A DNA stretch of 11,706 nt from Chlorokybus atmophyticus (Eukaryota; Plantae; Mesostigma and Chlorokybus algae): assembly GCA_009103225.1 (NCBI GenBank), contig RHPI01003407.1, positions 1 through 11,706 of the forward strand, given 5' to 3'. The stretch's first letter is position 1, and the number at the start of each line of letters is the position of its first letter. Position numbers and translations under genes: made by a program. Shown here piece by piece: positions 1 to 7,352 of this stretch. The notes beneath the pieces were generated by a model that had not been told where the DNA came from, searched no databases, and worked only from the letters and a program-made list of their open reading frames with translations.

Positions 1-101
1 CTAGGCAGGGCAGGGCAAGGCAAGCAAAACTAGGCTAAGCTAGGCTAAGCACCAGCAGCAATTATAACTACTATAACAACAACAACAACAACGACAACAA
101 C
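1..101. repeat. Simple repeats in the leader of element A: pentamer-like CTAGG/CAGGG/CAAGG/CTAAG (1-50) and an (AAC)n tract (75-101)
   Basis: Read directly from the sequence. Confidence 0.85.
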
Positions 102-209
102 TAGCTAACAACTACCACTACCCACCCTAGTGGGTAGCGGCTGCTAGTTGCCGCCGCCGCAGTCGCTGCCGCCTGCCGCCGCCCCTCCCACAAGCCCCTC
201 GCCGCCCGC

Positions 210-221
210 GCTCCGATACCA
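210..221 (-). promoter_or_regulatory. Primer-binding site for initiator tRNA-Met
   Basis: TGGTATCGGAGC matches the plant-type iMet PBS TGGTATCAGAGC at 11/12 and lies 1 nt after the LTR-terminal CA. Confidence 0.85.
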
Positions 222-222
222 A

Positions 223-559
223 TGTAAGAAAGGGGTGCCTCCCTCCTCCCTTAAATCCCCTACCCCAACACCACCACCAGCCACCACGCCCACGACGCCG
301 CCGCCAGAGGGGACTGCCGAAGCAGAAGATCCCCTGGCTATGGCGGTCGCTGCGTTAGCAGCGCTGCCATGCGGCTCATATCGACATGAGACTCTTGTCT
401 CATGTCGATATCAATGTTACAGATAAGTAACACTACATTAGGGCCTTAACATAAGTTAATGGCCCTAATATGGCTTAATAGGTTGATTAATCACGTTGGG
501 ACCCTTATGCAATCCTAAATAAGGGCGGGGAACCTATATGGAGGTAGCACACCGTTACA
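223..559 (-). repeat. 337-bp LTR of element A
   Basis: TG...CA termini with a 5-bp terminal inverted repeat (TGTAA/TTACA) and a PBS immediately downstream. The partner LTR is outside the window. Confidence 0.8.
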
Positions 560-1196
560 GGCACAATCATGTGCCTCAGGTATGGTACTTTGTGAGTGAA
601 GAAGGTGCACTTGTTGAGGTGCACAGTCATCCCCACCCTCTTTAGTCTTTCCAGCACCTCCTCGATGTGCTGTAGGTGCTCTTCGTTGCTGCGGCTAAAG
701 ATGAGAATGTTGTCAATGTAGCATCGCGCGAAGTCCAGCCCCTTCAAGGCTTCGTCCATGACGCACTGGAACTTAGCAAGAGCATTCTTTAATTCGAAGG
801 GCATGACCTTCCACTGGTACAGCTGTCGGTTGCCCCAATAAGAAATCTTGTGCTTATCCTCCTTCTTGATGGCGATCTGGTTGTACCCTTGGCACATATC
901 CAGGATGCTGAAGACGGTACAGTCTCCTACATCATTAAAGATACTTTCTGCGGTAGGCATTGGATGTCTTGCTTAATCTTGTTTTTGTGGGGGCGGTAGT
1001 CACCGCACATACGCCAGTCTGTCCAATTGCCTGTTGAATCCTTCGTCAGGGGCATGACGGTCGCGGCCGCAAAGTCCGATGTGGACGCCTCAATCAGGCT
1101 TGCATCTAACAGAGCCTTGCACCTCTGCTCCACCAAGACTTCTTCAAACTTGGAGAGTGAATACTGTCGTCGGAACACCGGTTCGGTGTCCACCAC
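560..1196 (-). pseudogene. Reverse transcriptase domain (Ty3/gypsy), frameshifted and truncated
   Basis: Motifs RMCGDYRP, FSILDMCQGYNQI, MPFELKNALAKFQ, YIDN (from YIDD, 709-720), KCTFF and YLRH. Frameshift near 930-960 between ORFs 927..1196 and 505..960. The last residues of ORF 505..960 are read-through into LTR A. Confidence 0.93.
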
Positions 1197-1519
1197 ACCT
1201 CGATGTCCATCTGGTAAACTGAGCAGATGCCATTTTCCTTCACGCTAAAGCTGAACTGACTCCTCCACTTGTTGAGGAGAGCCTCGAGTTGTTCTCGCGT
1301 CTAGTGTGCAGCTAGTGGTCCAATGGCATGGGACCAAGAGGTAGCATTGGCGACTACTGGATTGTCCTCCACAATGACTGCTGCCTGCTTTTTCATGTGG
1401 GCGAATTCGAGGGCGGTGTGTGCCGCTTTGCTCTCTTAAACGCGATCAGCCCAACCCCCCGCCAGGTGTTCGAGCTCCTGGAAGGACACATGGCGGTCCT
1501 GGAGAGCAAAGCATATCTC

Positions 1520-1741
1520 CAATAACCACACCATGCTGCTCCAGTCAATTGCGCGTCCCAACAATTGACATTGTTGAGTGTCGGTTAGCATGAAACCTGT
1601 AATACTGCCTGAAGAGAATCTCATGGCGCGTTTGCGCTCATAAGCGTTCGGTTCCTCCAGTTGACCTGTGTTGGAATGCAACACTATGCCTTCGTCTTGG
1701 TTGCGGAAGGCGTATGATCCTGAGTAAAACACCAGAGTTTT
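1520..1741 (-). pseudogene. C-terminal remnant of a DNMT3-like C5-cytosine DNA methyltransferase (motifs IX-X) between protease and RT
   Basis: ERKRAMRFSSGSITGFMLTDTQQCQLLGRAIDWSSMVWLL aligns without gaps to DNMT3A as recalled ([40 protein letters not shown]), with E..R..(G)F and LLGR at the same spacing. Motifs I, IV (PC) and VI (ENV) were not found. Confidence 0.7.
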
Positions 1742-1833
1742 GCGATGGGCCACTTCTTCAGTGGCATCCTCCTGGGACTCCTCGTATGAGATAGAAGAGT
1801 CTTGGTTAGGGTTGTGGGTGACCAATGCTGCTG

Positions 1834-1929
1834 ACCTGTTCGTGGTTGTCAAAATCGACCTGTAGGTGGCTGTTGCAGCTCACCTGTCAGTGGTTGTCGA
1901 AACCGACCTGTAGGTGGCTGTTGCAACTG
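1834..1929. repeat. In-frame 48-bp tandem duplication (2 copies) between protease and the DNMT remnant
   Basis: acctgttcgtggttgtcaaaatcgacctgtaggtggctgttgcagctc (1834-1881) versus acctgtcagtggttgtcgaaaccgacctgtaggtggctgttgcaactg (1882-1929). Confidence 0.9.
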
Positions 1930-2009
1930 ACCATTGGTGAGAGCGAGTGCGAGCCACCAGCTCAAGAGGCAGGTATTCTTGAACCTCTCCATCCTCCTCA
2001 TCCTAGTGG

Positions 2010-2370
2010 GGACGAAACCATGCCATCTCTGTCCAGCAGTCCAGCCCCAAGCCAACGGGGAAGTTGAAGTCCTAACCCAGCAGCAGGTTGAAGAATCCTG
2101 CGTCGATGACCACAAACTTCTGTATGACCTCAGTGCTGTGGGAAGGGTTCAACCGTATCAAGCGATTGCAGAGGGCACGCTTGGCGATACCAATCAGCTT
2201 GTCACGGCTGGCGGTTGCTTTGTCGAGCACATATGGGCAGGGTATCAGCTCAGCGCTGGTGATGCTAAGGTCACGTGCGAGGAAAAACGTCCAATGATGA
2301 CAGGCTGGGCTCTAAAGTCCAGCAGCACGCGCTGGGGTGCTCGACCATTGGTGGTGACATGCTTGCCTTT
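2010..2370 (-). pseudogene. Retropepsin-like aspartic protease of element B, degenerate
   Basis: RVLLDFRAQPVIIG (DFRAQ at 2305-2319, interpreted as DSGAQ); after a frameshift comes FVVIDAGFFNLLLG*DF, the typical C-terminal (D)xLLGxDF motif. Confidence 0.75.
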
Positions 2371-4586
2371 GTTGGCGATCATGGCTGCATGGCGTGATGC
2401 GCAGCCGCTTGAATCGTCGGTAGCGTGTGCGTGGGGTGACTCCTGCTGCAGTCTCCTCCAATGGTGTTGAGCGCAGTGCGGCAAGCGCCCCTCGACCGGC
2501 TGGGTCCTGGAACCCTCTTTGTCCGCGGCCTGGCCCGAACCATCTTTGTCTTGGCTATTGGTATACCCGCTGCGGCCTGGGTGCTGGCGATGCTGCCAGT
2601 GGCTGCTTTTGTTGTGGCGCAGGGGGATTGCGCCTCTGTGTGGCCGGGGTCATACCTGGCGGTGTAGCCAACGGCTGTTAGGGAAACCCTAAAGAACGGG
2701 GTGTTTGTGGACCCGCCTCCCGCGCAGCTTGTTCTTCCACATAAGTGCAGCGTACAGCATGAGCTGCCTTGCTGACCAGTGTACCTTCCCATGTAGCTGT
2801 TGGATTGGTGGCCACGTCACTCCAGCAATGGTTTTTAGGCATGGGTTGGAGATACACTGCGCGCAAGAGCCGCGTTCTTATGTTGCGGGTGATGGTGGGA
2901 ACTCTTAAAATCCCTGCCATGTAGGCATCCCATCTGCCATTGACCACCCCCACTTCTAGCATCGTTGTTGCTCAATGAGGTAAATCTCTAGCTATTGGAC
3001 ATGCTGCTCATAAGCAGCTGCGATGCGTCTGCGTTATCGCGCAGCTTCCACTTCTGGCAATCTCAGTATGGCCTCTTAAGCTCCTTCTAAGGTGTCAGTG
3101 GCTGCCGAGGCAACCTTGTCATAGGCTTGCCATAGCGAACGAAGGAAGGCGTCTAACCATAACAATATGGTGCTGAATACGAACAATGGGACTGCGGGGT
3201 GATTGGCGACTAGCCAAGTCATTGGTCTTGCTTGCACTGCATTGCCACCTTCTCGCATCCCCATGATTTGTTTCAGGCCAATGCCTTCTTGTCGATGTAG
3301 CATGCTTGTTGCAGCAGAGCAGTGCGAACTTGCTGTTCTCCAACTGAGCCTGCTCCATCCCGTTGTGTACACCCTTGTGGTGTAAGGTAGCCTCTCCTTG
3401 GGTCCCGTTAATCGTCAGGCAAGTCTCCCACCAAGGCGGGTAGCATTGAGGCAATCACACCTCAAGTTTGTTGGGCCAGCGCCCTCACTTGTTCAATGTC
3501 GGGCTCAATGGCAAGAGGTGTCGTGCTGGAAGATGGGCCAGCGATTGTCGTTTGAGGAACGAAAGCGCGAGCAGCAAGGGCTTGCGCTCTTGCATTGATT
3601 GCTGCAGTTTGGTCCTGCCGCCAAGTGAACGCTTGTTCCAGAGCGGTGTAGCGCTCGTGAAGCCGAACGGTACTTATGGGTCTCAGTGCTTCGTTGTCAC
3701 CCAAAGGCATGTCGGCTGCATCCGCGATGTGCTGCTGCACATTGGGTTGCCGGTCTCGATACGTGTCTAGTGGGCTTGGCTCGAAAGGCTCGTAATGGAC
3801 TGGTGCGGGCTGGCGCCGTGTGCATGTTGTTATGCAGAGTCCAGAACATCTGTAGGGCCAACTCCAGTGCCTTAGGTGGTCTAACCACAAAGATGCGGTC
3901 TCGCATGGGAGGCGCTGTGCCGGCAAGGATTTCATCCTTCAGTTGCCGCTGAGTCCGTACTGGCAGGGTGTGATATTCAGGCAGTGGGAAAACGCGATCA
4001 CTGCGTTTAACGCGCGTTGTGCGCTATCCTCCGCGCCCAAAAGCAATGGTAGTGGGATCTGCTCCAACGCATGATGGTCTCCCATGCGCGCTCAGCTTGC
4101 TCACATCGCGGGACAGCCTGAGTGACGGCGAGGACGGGCAATGTAGCTGCGCGCGTCGCTGCAGTGGCAGCGGACTCGACGATGGCACTGGCAGTGTTTG
4201 CGATAGTTTTGCTCAGTGGCGCGAGAGTGGTCGCGACGCTTGCTGACACAGGTGGTCCTGCAGTTGGAGCGGGATCGGTGCGATCTACTGCTGCAGAGTT
4301 GGTGACAGCAGTGGCTGTCGCCATCGTGCTCATCAGTGTTGGCGTCACGGTGCCCACTGATGCATCAAGTCCTGTTGCAACTGGAGTAGTTGCTGTTGAT
4401 GTTGACGAAGTCAGCGTCGTAGCCGGTGTGGCTGTTGCTGCTGATGCAGCACCACTGGTGGCTTCAGAGGAGGTTGCGGCTTCCCCTGGAGCTCGTCGGG
4501 GTGGTTGAACGCGTGACAAAGCTCGTGTCTCTCATGCGCTTTGGAGCCATTAGCGCCCATCGGACAGAGTAGCAGGCACGATAGTT
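2371..4586 (-). pseudogene. Long (about 740 codons) decayed coding spacer between gag and protease: Ala/Thr-rich part and helical segments of unknown function
   Basis: ORF fragments 4007..4519, 3462..3935 and 3076..3372 are protein-like, collinear on the minus strand and broken by stops and frameshifts. Confidence 0.55.
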
Positions 4587-6298
4587 CTACTCTTTGTCTT
4601 CCTCCAAGCGTGCCATATGCGCCATAAGGGCAGCAATATGGTCATCAGCTAGGGGGTTGGCTGGAGCCTTGGCGGCAACAGCGGCAGCGCGCGGACGTCC
4701 TTCCAATCTCTCGTGCTGAGGGGGACGATTTTCCCCCCTATAGCCTTGCTCTTCTTTGCGAGCATTGGCGTAGTTGTTGTTGTTGTTATGGCCTCCGGTA
4801 AGGTTGCTATTGTAGCCACCAGAGTTGTTGCCGTTGTGGCCTCCAGTGTTGTTGCTATTGCAGCTACCAGAGTTGTTGCCGTTGTAGCTGTTGGCAGGTC
4901 TCAACTCCGGGAACTTGAGCCAGCAAACTGACTCCAAGTGGCCCATCATGTGATAGTAGTTGCAAACTAGGGTTGAGTACTCTTCGGTGCACTCCTTTTG
5001 GTAGTGCTCATGCCGTCCACAGCGATGACACAGCACAGGGGCATGCAAAGTAGTACGAGCTGACCGTTTCCCTTTGTCGCGTGCTGGTGGAGCGTCCCGG
5101 CCATGTTCGCGGCGAGGAGGCTCGGTAGTTGTGCTGGCTACAGGACGTGAGGCGCTGTAGTTGGTGTCCAGCACTGCCTTCTCATATACCAAGCGCTTAT
5201 GGATGGCTTGTGCAGTCTCGAAAGCTTCCTTGAGCGTGTAGCCAAGGGGGCTGCTGTAGTTCAGGGTCAGGCGCGTCGACTCGCTCAGGGTGGCATCCAA
5301 CTCATTGACATACACCACTTCAGCAGCCTCGTCACTGACGATCTTGTAATCAGTGTCCTTCAACAACCCTTCCAGTCCGGAGTACAGGCGTGGAGGGTCC
5401 TCGTTGGGCTTGCATCGGAACTGTCTCAGCTCCTCTACTGTGCTGGTGGTCTGAGGTGGGAAGGTGCGACGAAGTGCAGCGTATAGGTCCTTGAGTGGAG
5501 AGTCTGCAATGGCAGCACCTATAGTGATGGCTGGTGCGCGCAGTGCAACTGACTAGAGGGTGAAAGTACTGCCTCCCGCACGAGAGCCAAGTGTTGCTAG
5601 AGGTAGAGGTGTGCCCACCTCAACGACTGCAGCTCGTTGTTCTTCAAGAATAGCAGCGTCCAGGATTCGGGCCCGTCGTACGGCCGTCTTGGTCTCAATC
5701 TCTGAAGGGGTCAGGTTGACGATCACCAACTCAAATTCCTCCTCCTCTGCCATGTCGATGGTTGTTCGTCGTTATGGACAAGCCGGTGACTGCAGCAGGA
5801 ATAGCAGGTGGAATGACGGATGCTGGACTGTGCAGTGCCGCAGATGCTATGGTGATGGCGCTCGCCATAGCCATCAACTCGATGCACTCCAGCAACAGAC
5901 TTCCAGACATCATGTGCGTCATGGTCCAGATACTGAGCAGCAATGCGCAAAAAAAATTCATCTGATCAGTCTTTGTTCTTCAGAGCTTGCTGTCGCATCT
6001 TGGAATGAAACTTAATGATTAATTCCTCCAGCGAGGTAGTGCCAGCACATCCGGAGAAGCGCATGGATGTGGTTGAGCTGGAAGACTCCATCTCGTAGTC
6101 GTCACTGTTGGACGAGAGTGGGGAAGCTCGATGACGAGGAGTAGACGAGAACGGAATGACGCAAGAGATAGAACGCGAGCCTCCGCTGCTGCGATCGTTG
6201 CTTCCGTCGCTAGTCCGCTCGTAAATGAGAGTGGAGGTTGGGCTCCAACTGCTGAGGTCACCCTCGTCTATTGGAGAGAACAGGGTGGGCCTGCTCAT
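4587..6298 (-). pseudogene. Gag of element B, disrupted
   Basis: ATG at 6298. Gag-like segments FFLRIAAQYLDHDAHDVWKS and DLYAALRRTFPPQTTSTVEELRQFRCKPNEDPPRLY. Knuckle CHRCGRHEHYQKEC (4989-5030) and degenerate CNYYHMMGHLESVC (4923-4964). Stops at 5966, 5553 and 4587, plus frameshifts around 5750-5900. Confidence 0.82.
4785..4888. repeat. Coding tandem repeat in gag: 2 x 48 bp (built from 24-bp subunits) encoding an Asn/Gly-rich tract
   Basis: gttatggcctcc at 4785 and gttgtggcctcc at 4833; encodes YNGNNSGSCNSNNTGGHNGNNSGGYNSNLTGGHNNNNN. Confidence 0.88.
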
Positions 6299-6504
6299 AC
6301 AGCTAGTCCATTGGTGAAAGTGTATGCAGGGTAGAGTGTTTGTGCTCTACTGCCGGTCTTGCTGCCGCTACCACTCACCACACTAGTGCTTGTGTGTGCA
6401 CTATGTGGTGACAGTGATAACGAATGTTCAGGGATGTGTCCCCAGCTACAGACTGCACTGTCTGATGCAGAATGCGACGCACTCACTTGAGCAAAGAGGG
6501 TGAC

Positions 6505-6801
6505 ACTGTAAGTCAACAAGCCACTTCTATAGGTAGTGATGTTTACACACTTCTTTGCATGAGTGGAAAATGTGTTGCACTGTTAAGTGAGGTGAATGAG
6601 CAAGCAACACGTGGATGCTATGCCCTAACTGATGCCAACACGCACACTGCAACCAGGCACACCAAGCTTACAACAATGACAAGCGCAATGCACACGAGCA
6701 TGCGCAGGCTCTCACACGGCGAGGGGTTCTTTCTTGATAACCGGGACAGCGTGTTCGTAGTTCAAGTCGCTTCACAAGCTCTTAGCTTTTTCACTTACAG
6801 T
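6505..6801. repeat. 297-bp segment bounded by a 17-bp imperfect inverted repeat (possible solo LTR, MITE or leader stem)
   Basis: actgtaagtcaacaagc (6505-6521) versus the reverse complement of 6785-6801, actgtaagtgaaaaagc (15/17). Inner termini TGTAAGT(6507)...ACTTACA(6799). No target-site duplication found. Confidence 0.5.
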
Positions 6802-6810
6802 ATCGCCAGC

Positions 6811-7007
6811 TGATCCGGTGAACACCGTGACTACTTATACAAGTCAAGTCATGATCGTTCGGTACATAAGCTAACGGTCATATCGAGGCTATTTTCACAG
6901 AAATCCCCACTCGATATAGAATACAACTGATAACTGAACTCACAACTGAATAGCTACGCGCGATGCTTAGATCGGCTATCGTCATGAGTTAATTTAGAGT
7001 CATGACC
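6811..7007 (-). repeat. Candidate 5' LTR of element B
   Basis: Hairpin-rich segment about 500 nt upstream of the gag ATG. It ends in ...GGATCA, followed by GC and TGGCGAT (weak tRNA-Arg-like PBS start at 6808), and shares an ATATCGA..TCGATAT-GA(G)CCG structure with LTR A. The 5' boundary is ambiguous (7002, 7007 or 7020). Confidence 0.4.
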
Positions 7008-7352
7008 TAGCTACTGGTCAATGACGAGCGCGGGTTGGTATGCTGGTAGGCCGGGCGAGGGTTTCGATGTAGGCATGCCCGATGAAGGCTGGTATGCGCG
7101 GACAATTGGCATAACAAAATGCATACTTGCGCGCGTGCGTGTGCAAACGCGTGAGGGCGTGCAGCAAGCGCACATCGGCAGCTGAACGCACGCACGCATG
7201 CAGCTGCTGGTGTGTGTGCGTTTACATGCGCGTGTTGTCGGTAAGCATACAGTTGGTGTGCCTGGGTGTGCATATGCGTGAAGGTGCGTGGGTGCATAGG
7301 CTGTCAACAATTATTGATAAAAACAAAACAAAGCTGTAAGTTGAGTACTTAC

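Larger units (their letters stand above)
1..559 (-). mobile_element. 5' end of LTR retrotransposon A (5' LTR, PBS and low-complexity leader), nested in the RT of element B; continues off the left edge
   Basis: On the minus strand TGTAACGG(559)...TTCTTACA(223) is followed by T and TGGTATCGGAGC. The RT frame of element B breaks exactly at 559/560. No coding region of A is in the window, so copia versus gypsy cannot be decided. Confidence 0.85.
560..7007 (-). mobile_element. Decayed Ty3/gypsy LTR retrotransposon B (gag - spacer - protease - DNMT remnant - RT), interrupted by element A
   Basis: Gag-like region with CCHC knuckles, degenerate D(S)G protease motif and gypsy-type RT motifs, all on the minus strand in gypsy order, with many stops and frameshifts. 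The upstream boundary near 7002-7020 is uncertain. RNase H and integrase are expected beyond element A, outside the window. Confidence 0.85.

Noticed and set aside
148-426. Pro-rich plus-strand ORF (92 aa)
   Set aside because: Antisense to LTR A and its PBS, low complexity, non-ATG start; best explained as spurious.
1834-1929. 48-bp and 84-bp repeats as possible CRISPR arrays
   Set aside because: Head-to-tail duplications without unique spacers, in a eukaryotic context with no cas genes.
2878-3078. Alternative genetic code with TAA/TAG = Gln, as in some ulvophycean algae
   Set aside because: The GT29 exons, the RT ORF and the roughly 320-codon gag stretch have no in-frame TAR and use CAA/CAG for Gln. 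Premature TGA stops and missense C>T changes also occur, so deamination explains the stops. A genome-wide codon check would settle it.
4587-4589. Programmed gag-pol read-through at this TAG
   Set aside because: Indistinguishable from the other CAG>TAG lesions in this decayed copy.
1934-5965. Plus-strand ORFs such as 1934..2470, 2461..2667, 4122..4508, 4713..4931 and 5762..5965 (some hydrophobic)
   Set aside because: Antisense shadows of gag, spacer and protease; the Val/Ala richness mirrors Thr/Asn/Ala codons on the minus strand.
6629-6640. Minus-strand TGGCATCAG as the PBS of element B
   Set aside because: Only a partial match and not preceded by CA.
6981-7010. Hairpin followed by CTAG as a Helitron 3' end
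   Set aside because: No spacer between hairpin and CTAG, the next base is C rather than T, and no Rep/helicase sequence is present.
7007-7340. ORFs 7007..7297, 7011..7310 and 7127..7339
   Set aside because: Derived from CA/GC-rich low-complexity intron sequence after the GTAAGT donor at 7352.
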